A stretch of DNA of 61,613 bases, filler included, from Hausera hauseri (lineage: Eukaryota), in the NCBI GenBank assembly GCA_046269625.1. It is 12 parts of 12 records of this genome, joined end to end, with 100 filler letters (N's around TTAATTAATTAA, not from the genome) between each part and the next. Parts side by side here need not be neighbours in the genome. Positions count along the whole stretch, not along the records: positions 29,946 to 38,105 come from JBJURY010747653.1; positions 38,206 to 43,905 come from JBJURY010204080.1; positions 44,006 to 47,967 come from JBJURY010854855.1; positions 48,068 to 53,043 come from JBJURY010373481.1; 8 more parts are not named here. One strand, 5' to 3'. Numbering within the stretch: the stretch's first letter is position 1; each line of letters starts with the position of its first letter. The translations under genes were made by a program, and so were the position numbers. Shown here piece by piece: positions 37,740 through 49,752 of the stretch. The notes under the pieces are model-generated. The model was not told the DNA's origin. It did no database searches and was given only the letters and a program-made list of their open reading frames with translations.

Positions 37740-38105
37740 CAAAGACAGCGGCCAGTTGATGCGGCAGCAATAGAGACAAAATGCCGCAGATATGTTATTG
37801 ATGCAACTGGCCAAACAACCCTCCAATATTTCCTCTTATACACAAAGGACGAGACAGAGGGAATTCTTCAGGACAAGATGGCTGAGCTCAAAGCCCTTAA
37901 GGTCAATATGAAACTGGAGGCCACATACATCAATGTTGATGGCGAAGAATCCAATGGGGCCTTCAAGACCAAAAATAGACTCATATTGGAAAACACCAAT
38001 ATAGCAGAATGGCTGCAAGAAGCGCACAAGAAGCTGATCCGTGAAGCCGGGGAGAGCCAAGATAAGAAGAGCGGATGGACTCTGGCAACCATCAAGAGAT
38101 TGCTT
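37740..38105 (+). mobile_element. Polinton protein-primed DNA polymerase B, N-terminal region fragment
   Basis: LKVNMKLEATY...AFKTKN...E....SGWTL..I..L motif; open to contig end. Confidence 0.65.
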
Positions 38106-39540
38106 NNNNNNNNNNNNNNNNNNNNNNNNNNNNNNNNNNNNNNNNNNNNTTAATTAATTAANNNNNNNNNNNNNNNNNNNNNNNNNNNNNNNNNNNNNNN
38201 NNNNNGGTAAGCCTTCACCTTTCTACATGGACGTGTAGAAAATACACAGAAACTTACCTGTAGCTCTTACTTACTGGGAAGTAAACTACGAAACCTTCAC
38301 AAACAACATAAACACATTTCTTTTTTTTTTCTCTCTTTCACTTTTTTTTTGTTTGTTTGCTAACATTAAAATTACCAGGGTTATTAAATCACCAAGGTTA
38401 ATTAAAATTGTTTGCATATTGAATTACATGTCTTTAATTAATGTCATTTGAACTAATGTTTGTTGAAAATTTATGTTACGCTATTAAATTATGTACAGAA
38501 TACCATATCGTGAATCGTATCATATATAATTCAAATTGTATTAAGAGTATATCAATTGAAATTAAAAAATGCTACTTAAGTTAAGGTAGCATGTTTGAAT
38601 ATATATTTCCATTTTGATATGTACTCGAAGACTACTAATACTTTTAATCACAAATATGTATAATGTATACCTTGTTCTATGATATTTTATTATGAATCAT
38701 GTGTTTAAAATATGTTTACTTGTTATAGTATAATATGTTTTATATGGTTAATCAGAATTCAAATATGTAGTATAATATTGTTTCATGAATAAGTGTTGAA
38801 ATTACCCAAAGAACATTACCCAGTGCCAAATTATAATGAGAATTTTGTGTAAAGGGCCCTTAATTACATTAAGATTACTCAATTATAATACTCACTGAAG
38901 GTTCAAATCAAATGTTCATATTTACTCACCTATTAAATGTAAATACATCAATCATTTCAGGATTTATCTAAATGTTTAGTGATCACTTAATATTGTAAGT
39001 TTTAAAATTATTTTTGTATGGAAATGCTATTATTAACTTTTAAAACATACTGTTTATATCATCATATTCTAGTAATTATAATGAATAAGAATGAGTATAT
39101 CTGCTAAATAACCATAAATTGTTTTGTTCTAAGTATTAAACAGTTCTTGTGTATAATGTTATAATTTTGTATAATATAAAATATTTGTATAATCACAAAG
39201 TACCAGAACTTAAGATTAGGAAATTCATATGACATGTTGATATCAAATCCTTCGAAGTATTAACATTGAAGCACTTATTTCCTTATGATGTATAATGCCT
39301 GGTTAAAAAATATGTAAAAATTTATGTAAATTCCAAAATATCAATGTTCATAAGTTTTAATCCAAGTATTTATGATAAAGAATTATGATAATGTAACCAA
39401 ATTGTAAAAATCTTATATACTCAAGGATGCTATGTTATAAAAGAAATATGGTAATATAATTGAATGGTAAAAGAAAGTAACTGGCATTGAAGAGCATGCC
39501 TTCACAGGAAGACATCCTCTTACCCAAAAGGGGAGGATAA

Positions 39541-40187
39541 TGTTAAAAATATTTTAAAGGACCATTCCATATTCTAAATATCCCGACTCACTCAGTAAAA
39601 TCGTTAATTAACCCCTTTTCCAAAAACCCCATCTTTAAATTGCCGTTTTTAATTTCGTACATGCCCTTTATATTTTCCTCTCTTTCGATTTAACTTAAAT
39701 GTATAAAACTCACTTTTATCTTATGTAAGCAAATTCCCACGCACAACGCCGTCTGGATGGCGCTTGTCAAATATGCAGTTTCGGATTCATGATGCTAGTT
39801 GGCTATTTTTATCATAGTCCATTTTCCAGTTTTGATTTAGCCTGTCGTAAGTAAATTGTTCACGCGTTTTAATGCCAATTGCTTTCTTCACACACAAAAC
39901 GATTAAAAGAGGTAACCCTTTTTTGGCGTCGATTGGAAGTCTAGCGCCGTGTGAACTCTTGAGAAGAGAATGAAATAAGTCCCCGATATGATATGACGCA
40001 CTTTTGCGGTGCTCTAAATTGCATTCTATTATGTCTACATTGTAATTAATATCCTATTTTATAATTAAATAAAGAATTAAAGAAGACTCTTTTGTATCGG
40101 CGTCCTCAATGATTTAAAATGCCGCTAATTCAAGTAAGTAAAACTTATTTAACGCTTCGCCCGACTGCAACTAAGAAAATCGTAACA
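39541..40187 (+). mobile_element. Gypsy LTR (647 bp) flanked by an upstream PPT and a downstream PBS-like site
   Basis: TGTTA...TAACA termini; AAAAGGGGAGGATAA immediately 5'; AGTCGACAGGATT (partial tRNA-Ser complement) at 40196-40208; internal AATAAA. Confidence 0.8.
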
Positions 40188-40352
40188 TCTTAACCAGTCG
40201 ACAGGATTTGGGAAGTATTAAATCCCACCTGTGGCTGTCATGATACGGGGAAAAATCCCATGATTTCGAACTATTAAAGAACTAAATTAGACAAAATTCT
40301 GAACGAACTAAAAATCGAAACTTTTCAAATTAAGTCTTCTATTTTGTGCAAC

Positions 40353-41213
40353 ATGGCGACCAATTCGAACATTGTTTTCGCCAATGAAAAATCAACAATC
40401 TCTATTACGAACTTATTTAAATTTATAGAGAAAAAGTTCGAAGAGAATACCACCGATGTTGCGAAAATTAACAGTTTTGTCAACTTCCTATCCGGGGAAG
40501 CATTGACTTTTTACTGTGAAGACTGTGTCGAAATAAATTCCTGGACTGACTTAAAACTTAAATTTACAGAGAAATTCCGACCCGTTCCCCCTGATTATAA
40601 AACATTTTCGGAAATGAAATTGATTGATAAAGAACATTTTGATGAATATTTTCAAAAGAAAGTTTCGATGGGGAAAAAGATGCAGTTGCGAGAGGAAATC
40701 ATCATTGATGCCCTTAATGACGGTTTACCAGATTTTTATAAAAATCTCCTACTCGCTCAAACTTTCGGTAGTATAGAAACTTGGCAGAAAGCAGCCAATA
40801 AAGTAATTCAAGGAGCCGTAATTCCAGTTGAAGAATCTAAAAAGACAGAAAGAAGTTTTCCAAAAAATGATCAGGGTCGAAAGGAATTTTTCCCGCAAAG
40901 GAGGTATTATTCCGCGGCTTCGTCAAGATATCAGAACCCAAGAATTAATGAAACTTCTTTTGTCCCGTCAGCAGTTTATCAACAATCTCAATACGTTCCT
41001 CCACGTTATTATTCTACAAGAGAAACGCAACCACAATACCCACGGCCAGTGTTTAATTATCCAACAAGAAATGAGAGACCCCCCTATTTCCGAAGATATC
41101 AAGATCAGCATTATTCGTATCGTCCTCATACAACTTCATGGAGAGTTCCAGCACCTACTCCTGAACAATTACCGCGTAACTCGAACAATACACAAAATGA
41201 ACAGCTTCCATGA
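40353..41213 (+). CDS. Gypsy Gag
   Basis: FLSGEALTFY...SWTDLKLKFTEKF...IIDALNDGLP capsid pattern; downstream of LTR/PBS. Confidence 0.85.
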   Translation: MATNSNIVFANEKSTISITNLFKFIEKKFEENTTDVAKINSFVNFLSGEALTFYCEDCVEINSWTDLKLKFTEKFRPVPPDYKTFSEMKLIDKEHFDEYFQKKVSMGKKMQLREEIIIDALNDGLPDFYKNLLLAQTFGSIETWQKAANKVIQGAVIPVEESKKTERSFPKNDQGRKEFFPQRRYYSAASSRYQNPRINETSFVPSAVYQQSQYVPPRYYSTRETQPQYPRPVFNYPTRNERPPYFRRYQDQHYSYRPHTTSWRVPAPTPEQLPRNSNNTQNEQLP

Positions 41214-41228
41214 AACTTTATCAAGACT

Positions 41229-43905
41229 GTGGCCCTTTTGGGTGAAACCAATTCTAAAAACTTGCTTGTGAACTTACCTGTGATTATTGATACTGCCAGT
41301 AATGCCTCTATTATTGGGATTAATACTTTAAATCAATTAAACAATACAATTAATTTAGAGGCACAATCTACTCCTTCTAAACATATTAATCTTCATGGAC
41401 TAGCTGGAGGGGTAAGTATTCATTGTTTTCTTAATGTTCCTGTCAAAATTGGCAAATTAGTTAAAGTCATTAAATTACATGTTTTACCCTTTCCCCTTCC
41501 TCATATGATCTTAAGCCTTGAACATATAAAATTATTCAAATTGAAATTAAATTTTGAAAATTTTCAAGTATACCAATTTAAAAATAATATTACTTTGACA
41601 AGATTTGTAAATAATGCCACTTTTGACACTCATGTTGATAACCATAATATTGTAAATTATACAGATGTTGTTAATTTTTATGAACAGGATTACTATACCA
41701 GTCCAACTCACTTTTATGACCCCAATGTATATGATTTTCCTAATAATGTTTTTGAAAATAATTATGCTTTTGAAAATGACTATATTAATGATTATACTGA
41801 AGAGTTTTATGAAAATAATTCTAATTTTGATTTTCCTAATAATGCTTTTGAAAATAACTATGTTTCTGAAAATGACTATACTAATAATTATAATGAGGAG
41901 TTGTATGAAAATAGTTATAATAATTCAAATGAAAGATTTTATAATAATAATGAAAATGAGATATCTTATAACTATACTACTGATTCAAATGGGAACTGGT
42001 CTGAAAAAGATTACAATAATTGTTCTAGTGAAAATTTTTATACTTATCCTCAAAGTGAAATATTTTATAATAATGAACAAGAGAGTTATGAAGAATCTAG
42101 TGTGTACTCTATTCCTCCTAATGAGCAAGCTGACTTTCTTCCTGAAAATTCTTATGACAATAACTTACCTATTGAAGATATTCAGAATTTAAATAATTAT
42201 TATGAAATTCAAGATGCTTAAGAGGACTCATATAATATGAATCAAAATACTTATGATATAAACTATTGTGATGATGAAAATGAGTATTATGACAATCAAT
42301 ATCATAATCCTGACATGAATAGTCATTATAATAAATATTATTGGTATAATGATGATCCTATATATAATGTTGAAGAGGACTATAACCCAAATAATAATAT
42401 TAAGACTCAATTTCACTATAGTAAGAAATATTCTAAGAATTATTTTAAAAATTCTTATTATGATAATTATCATGCCAGAAAAAGGAGAAATAATAATTAT
42501 TATCATGCCAATAAAGGAAATTATCAGAATTTTTATTTTAAGAAAAATTACAATTCTAAACCTACTGTAAGAAAGAATACATGGATTAATAAGAATTATG
42601 GTAAAAATCATTATGACAATTCCTATAAAAATCCTCAGATATCATGTTACAGTAATTATTATAAGGACAAATGTGCAAATTCTCTTAAAACTTATGATGA
42701 TAATAATCCAAGGCAATATTCTTATGTACCTACTCAGAACTCTTATAATGCTCCTATATACAGAAAAGTACAAGTTCAAGCTAACTCAAACCAACATCTT
42801 AAAGACACCACTTATAATCAAAATATTGAACTCTGTGAATCTATTAAAGAGCCTAAATTAAGACAACTCGTTAGACAACATATTAATGTATTTGCTAAAA
42901 ATAAATTTGATATAGGTACCTTAAATGTAAAAATACCTCCCATAAAATTAACGTCAGACGCTCCAGTTGCCTGTAGGCCATATAGGGCAAGTCCAAAAGA
43001 TGAAATGGAAATAAAAACACAATTAGATGCCATGTTAGCTCATAATATTATAACCCCTTCTTGTAGCAATTATGCAGCTCCTGTAACTATGGTTTACAAA
43101 AAAGATGAAAAAGCTAAAACTAGATTTTGCATTGATTACAGAAAAATTAATAATGTTGTACAAAATGATTCAGAACCCCTTCCTCGAATTGATTCAGTCT
43201 TAGATAAATTGCAAGGAGCCAGATATTTTTCCACTGTTGATCTAGCATCCGGATACTGGCACATTAAACTCAATGAAGAAGACTCTTCTAAGCTTGCTTT
43301 TACTACAAATCATGGACTTTTTGAACCCAAGAGATTACCATTTGGTTATCGTAACTCCCCTGCTCTGTTCCAACGAGCTTTAAAACACATTTTAAATAAG
43401 CATAAGGTGACCTATGCCCTTAATTATTTCGACGACATAATCATTTACTCACAAACTTACGAAGAACACCTGAAACATTTAAATGACTTCTTTCAAATAT
43501 GTCTTAGTGAAAATATTAAACTTAAACTTTCAAAATCACAATTGGCAACTAACAAAATAAATTTTTTGGGCTATGAAATAACTGAAGGAACATGCACTCC
43601 AGCCAATGCTAATATTGAAGTTATAAAAAATTTAATACCTCCAAAAACTGTTAAAGAGTTGCAGAGGTTCTTAGGTAGCATAAATGTATATCATAAATTC
43701 ATTCCAAATTATGCAAAATTAAGAGCCCCCCTCAATAAATTATTAAAGAAAAACATTTCATGGAATTGGACAAAAGATTGCCAAGATGCCTTTCAAAATT
43801 TAAAGGAAACATTGATCTCAAAACCCATCTTATCATTGTTTAACCCACAATAACCATGTCATATGTTTGTCGATGCTAGCCAAACTGCTATAGGATGTGT
43901 CCTGA
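41229..43905 (+). CDS. Gypsy Pol (protease, Asn/Tyr-rich insert, RT, start of RNase H) with in-frame stops at 42219 and 43851
   Basis: IIDTAS protease motif, RFCIDYRKIN, DLASGYW, YFDDII and FVDAS, all in the gag reading frame. Confidence 0.9.
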
Positions 43906-44005
43906 NNNNNNNNNNNNNNNNNNNNNNNNNNNNNNNNNNNNNNNNNNNNTTAATTAATTAANNNNNNNNNNNNNNNNNNNNNNNNNNNNNNNNNNNNNNN
44001 NNNNN

Positions 44006-45645
44006 CCTAACCATCCAGAATTAAATTGGCCAAACCACATGTACCATCCCCATGCCGTCGCAAATATATCCTTAGCAATACGCTTAGCATAATCCGGTCC
44101 CATTAAATTTTCCCAATTAGCTCTGCCAGTGTGTTCAGACAACACCTTCATAGCCATCTCTGTTAGAACCTTTTGTCTTTGTTGCGGGAACATCATCATT
44201 CTTCTATGATTTTCCATATCTTGTTGGGAATATACACCCATCTTTACTAGGTCTGTTAATGGCTTGTACGTTTGTTCCGTTTTTAAATTGATCAAGCTAA
44301 TCCTTCTAGGTGAGGTGATGTGCTCCTTGCCAGGCATCCTTATCCAGTAATCATCAGTCAATCTGAACGTTGGTGACATAGTATATGTACAGTTCTGATG
44401 TAGTAGCGGCTTTTCCATAGGATCCAATAGTATCCTAGTAATTGGTTGTAAAAAGCGTGGTTTCTCTTTATACCAAACAGGCAATTCCGTAGTACATTCT
44501 GCGATTGGTCTTAACTTAACAGTTACTCTTGCACATTCGAAGGTTACGAGAGCTTCTCCCATTGTTCTTGCGAACTTTCCTTCCGCATCTGGTGACTCAG
44601 CTGGGTCTTTCATTATGCCATCCGTTATTGCTGATAAGTATATCCGATTTCTAATTATTTCTCTATTCAACTTACAATCGTTTAGTATTATTTCTCGATA
44701 CATCGCGTAAATGTTTTCCTGTTGAAAATGATAGATAAAATCAATTTTATTATCAAAATACAGGTGAGGCTTCACTTCCGATTTGTGTATATTTCTTTTC
44801 GCTTCCTTTATTTTATTTACTGACAAGAATATGCCTTTGTAGTTCGTTCTATATACTACTTCATTACATTTTCTTGTCTCGCCTTCTAATTTGAACCTCA
44901 TTCCTTCATTAGGATCTACTGAATATACTATGGTTGGTGTCTCGATCGTATCTGATACTCGATCTAATCGACTTTTCGATATTTCTTCTTTATATATTTT
45001 TCCTTTGGTTTCATTAAACTTCCCGCTTCGTAACAAGGCCAACTGACATTGATCTTTGTCGACTTCATACGACATGATCGATTCACCCGTTTCACATTCT
45101 TTATTATAATAGTCACATTCTGGGAATGTCATCATTTTTCCAGATGATAACTCAAAAAGAGCATCATATTCCCTCAGCTCGACTTGATAGTCTTCGATAG
45201 CTACAACATTGTCGAGAATTTCACCATTAATATTATACGATTCACCTTTACAGTAGCCTGTTTTGTCGATAGTTCCTGCCATAAAGATTCTCTTGTTTAT
45301 GATTTTCCCTTTTTGAGCTTTAAGTCGAATATTTCCAATAGTTATTTGTCTTGTCACGAAGGCTTCTGTACACATTCGTTTACTTATCAAAAGTGGTTCA
45401 AATGGGGTAGTCGGTTCTACTATAGCCGAATTCCGGTACCAATATCCGCAAATAAAGTAAAAATGGTTTTTCCGGACGAAACATTCCTTTACCTTTGTTT
45501 TCGCAAATTCTGATTCCTGATACACGTGATAGTCTTTTTCTGGTACCGTAGTTAATGATGCTGGGTTGGCGAATGGGCATTTTTCTAAATCCAATAAGGA
45601 ATATATTGGACCTTCCTTAGCTTGACTGCAGTCATAAGCAATGAT
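44006..45645 (-). other. Env domain: chuvirus/gB-like (class III) fusion glycoprotein ectodomain
   Basis: IIAYDC...YSLLDLEKC start, C.V......CG, CTEA, GEALVTFECARVTVKLR...CTTELPV...FLQPITRIL...C and membrane-proximal WGWYMWFG, as in chuviral G and related retroelement envs. Confidence 0.78.
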
Positions 45646-47967
45646 CGAAAGTGTTTTTGGCACCAAACTGAATAGAAGGAGTATAGGTATAACTTTAGTT
45701 AACCATGATAAATCAAAATCTGGTTGTTGATTTCGTTGTCTCTCGGTTTGTTGAGGCGGAGGATGTTCCATTCGTCCTTGTATAGTTGGTACTGATTCAT
45801 GAATAGTTGTGTGAACTAAACTTGTAATCCATCCACCTCTGCACTTTACCCATCCTTCTACATTGGCTTTTAATGCTCTTGTAGCGATTTCTATATTTCT
45901 TTCAATTTCCTCTTGATTTGGATTCACGCCATTCATTACCATTATCTTATACAGGAGGTAGGACATAGCGGTTACGATTTTGTTTCGAGATATACCGGTT
46001 CCCATCATCCTTGAGAGAATATCTCTCTCCTGTATTTCGTTTATCCTTTCATCAGTAGGAATATCCGCGAATTGTTCACTTATTTTTGCAATTTCATTCC
46101 TAATGTTCTGCATTAGTGAGTCTGGTATTTGTAAATTTGTGTTAAATTCAATAAAGGAATTATGCATTCGTGCTAATAGAGTTTGTAGTAATGTAGTTAA
46201 CGACACATTATCTACATCGTATTCATCTTCTGTTGTCAGTAATCTTCGGACAACTTCGTCATCCCTGGCCTTTCTGCCTTTTAATTGATAGAGTTTCGTG
46301 GTTCCTTTAGGTCTTCCACGATTCCTCTTATCGGTTTGCATTTGTTCTGATATAGGCACATTCAATCCGGCCTCTGCCTGTTGAGGCATATATTGATGTT
46401 CGGCTTCTTGTGTTTCTTTTCGCCTAACATCCGTTACAATCTCATCTATTACTTCTTGTTCGGTTAGTCTATACGTAATGCATACTGGATTATATCGGTT
46501 CTCCCAGATACCTACTTCATATAAGGTTTCATGGTCCATTAATATTCGTCCATAGAAGCGTAACTCTAATTCGCCCTGTGGTTGCTTTACTTCGTCGATC
46601 CGACGTTTTAGCATAAGTATTGTATCTGATGATTTCATTCTGAACATCTGGAAATCTTGGTTATATTGTTGAAGAGTGACCATTACTTCTGGGTCTTCTC
46701 CAATGGTTCTCACTCTGATGGCATACCGATAAATTATATATCGTACGATATCCTGATATGGGCTTGTACCAGCAGCATAGGTTAACAATAAGTCCAATAA
46801 GTTAATGAATTGCTGATGGTTGATTGTTGGTGAGAGTAACATAGACAAATCTTGTCTAAACCGATTATCATCGATTAACTCTTGATTGGCATAGTTGGAT
46901 ATTTTCCGAACTATTTCTCTACCATCCTGGTCTAAATCCACAGATGAGGACTCATAACTTGGAGATTTTTCCTTCGTTTTCTTTTTCCTTATTCTTTTTA
47001 TCTTTTCTTTAGGTTCACCTTCTCTGCCTGACTCACTTTTTCCGCTTTCACTTCCGGAAGGTAAGTTCGGTTCAGGAGTCTTCAATTCCTCCTCTTGTAT
47101 CAAGGGCTTATCCTTTTTTTTAACCCTTTTCTTTTCGACATCGGATTCTGATGAAGGAGTCTTTTTTTGTCTACCAACAGGAGCAATGATTGAATTCTCA
47201 TCATTCATTTTCTGCCTTTTCTCGCAGATTTGTTGTTCCTTTAGTTCAAGATATAACTGTTTTAATTCAGCTATCTTGTCTTCATCTTCTATCGTATTAG
47301 TTTTACTCTCCTTCAGTTTTGCTCTGATCTTCTGCTGTAACTTTTCAATTGATTCTTCAGGTTCCGTATCAGTAGTTTCGTGTTCATTATCTGTATCTGA
47401 TACAGTACCTACTATGTCCACATTCTTCTTCTTCTGACTTGACTGTCCTTGATTAGGACAAGTGCGAGCCATGTGTCCATATCTTTGACATGCAAAACAC
47501 AACGGTTGTCCATCTTGATTAATTGGGGGTTTTCTTATGGCAGACTTTTGAGGTTGATTCTGCCAATTACCCTGAGATGGCTTTTGCCACGTAACTTTCT
47601 TCTGAGTCTGTTGCTCGGGTTGATTTTGGTACCTTTGGAATGATTTCGGGAAACTTTTCCTTTGTTGAACATTTTTCTGTTTCTTCTCATCGTTCTTAAA
47701 AGGCTTTTTTGCATTTTCAAGTCTCTCATAATTTACTTCAATTTTCCTAGCTTTGCTAACAGCTTCTTTGTAAGTATCCGGATCTGCAACTATGATGTAG
47801 TTCTGGATTTCTTTATTAACTCCGTAACAGAACTGAGCTAGGAGGGCATCTTCCCTTATATCATCATCTGCGTAGGCTCTCTGAGCCAACTTCTGAAGGG
47901 CACATGCATACTCTTGCACGGTTTCGCCTTTTCTCTGACGTCTTCTATTGAATTCTCCAATTCGACC
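44006..47967 (-). CDS. Gag - ubiquitin-like - AT-hook - Bcl-2-like - signal peptide - viral glycoprotein polyprotein (open at both ends)
   Basis: About 1320 codons without a stop; RRQRKGETVQEY gag motif, CFACQRYGHMARTC knuckle, Ubl-like segment, RGRP, BH-like motifs, hydrophobic signal then IIAYDC and a Cys-rich ectodomain. Confidence 0.88.
45815..46230 (-). other. Bcl-2-like helical domain
   Basis: BH3-like IAKISEQF, BH1-like GISRNKIVTAMSY and BH2-like VEGWVKCRGGW in the right order and spacing. Confidence 0.65.
46465..46686 (-). other. Ubiquitin-like (beta-grasp) domain
   Basis: SDTILMLKRRI...LRFYGRILMDHETLYEVGI versus ubiquitin SDTIENVKAKI...LIFAGKQLEDGRTLSDYNI; no C-terminal GG. Confidence 0.72.
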
Positions 47968-48315
47968 NNNNNNNNNNNNNNNNNNNNNNNNNNNNNNNNN
48001 NNNNNNNNNNNTTAATTAATTAANNNNNNNNNNNNNNNNNNNNNNNNNNNNNNNNNNNNNNNNNNNNTCCGCAACAGTTTCATCCATAATTTCATCATCA
48101 ATTATTGTACCATCGTTTTGTTCATTTGGGTCAATAATTACGACGTTACCATTGTCGTCAACATCTAATCGAAGACAGCACGGTTTGTATTCCATTGTAA
48201 AAATGATTTATTCCACACTCTCAAGTGTATTTATACTAAATTTCATCAACATGCTGCATTCTGATTGGTAGAAAATAAATATATATAGAAGTGTGAGTGT
48301 AAGTTTTTAAAAATG

Positions 48316-49571
48316 TTAGTAAACATTAATTAGTAATATATGTTCTTGGGGTAATACTTGCAGATACCTCGGGTATTCACTAAATCCTTTTCGGAATTTT
48401 TGTATTAGGGTATTGAGGTTATTTTCGGATATCGCATTCTGCATGGGATTTCGGGGTTTCCACTCGTGATCCCATCGTAATGAGTCATAGATATATTTTA
48501 TAAATTTGGTCCTTTGATTTGCTGTCATCAGCTTAGGGAATTTGGATCGTTCGCCATTCATGGCTTCTAGCATCATCTTAAATTGCGATTCTCGCGATGC
48601 TGACGGAAGCAGGCAACCTCTTTTCCGCATCAAGATATTTTTTACTTGGCACACTAGTGCTGGGTTTCGGCTCACGTCTCAAATTCCGGCCATGTATTCT
48701 TGCCTAATTCCTAGTCGCACCAGCGCTTCGTGCACCCGGAATCCGGTAACGACGTATCCGTATAAGGAATGGCTTATATCTTTTTGGATCTCCAAAAAGT
48801 CCTTTCCCTTTTTAAGCTGAACTTTCGTAATTCCTGCGACATAGGGAAAAGTGTCCTTTATTCTAACTCGAGGCGCAATTACTTTATTTAGCATCTCTTC
48901 CCCATTAATATTTCTTATAGAGACCTCAATTGGAGCATACCATCTATCATCTTTTTCTCCATAGTTCATGGTTAATATTCTGCTGTTTCTACCGTCTGAA
49001 ACTAATCTGTAGGATTCTCCATTTTCTCCATCTCGCCTTCCGATGGTTTCTTTACATATAATAAAGGTGGTAGCGGCTTTATTACCTCGGTTTGCCACGT
49101 CATCTCGATCATGATTTTGGTCGGAAGGTCCGCGATCCTAAATCCTAGGGCATAATTTATAAGGCTATAGCAACATGGCTTATAAGTACTAAACTTCCAT
49201 TGCCGCTTATTTTACGTACTCCAAGATTGTCCTACGATCCTATATTAAATTTCTCCATCAGCAGCATGTACGTACAATTCCTCCCGTATCGGCTCATATG
49301 GAATTAGATCTCTTAAAAGGTATGCCCGTACATCCTTTGGATTTCGCAAGGCACATAATCGAACCCATATATTCTCTGTTAAGCTCCGTTTTAGTCCGTT
49401 TGGTATTTTACTCTGTTGGTTTAATTCTAGATAGTTCTGGGTTTTCAGGTTTTCTCCAGTTTGTCGGTATAGACTTTTGGACAGTGGTTTGAGAACCGTG
49501 ACGTGTTGATGGAAGAAACCATCGATATCGTGATTGGAACTGACTGCTGGATTTTTCGCCTTCTCGGCCAT
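48316..49571 (-). pseudogene. Unknown accessory ORF (about 420 codons, disrupted) in Gypsy 3' region
   Basis: ORF pieces 49245-49571, 48679-49098 and 48316-48675 are nearly contiguous; TTATTTCAG acceptor about 10 nt before ATG GCC GAG. Confidence 0.5.
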
Positions 49572-49752
49572 ACTTACTCTGCTGAAATAAAAATAATGGT
49601 TAATGCTAAGACAGATCATCGTTTTAAAACAAAACATTTTCTCTGTCTGATGATAGGATAACCCGACCTGTAGTTGTCAGGTTATGCTATCACAGAGTCC
49701 GTCTTGGTGCCCTTTTTTCAACTTATCTCCCTTCCCATTTTTACAGCATTTA

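Noticed and set aside
41665-42861. Ile/Met-rich ORFs in alternative frames and the antisense strand
   Set aside because: By-products of the AAT/TAT-rich low-complexity pol insert
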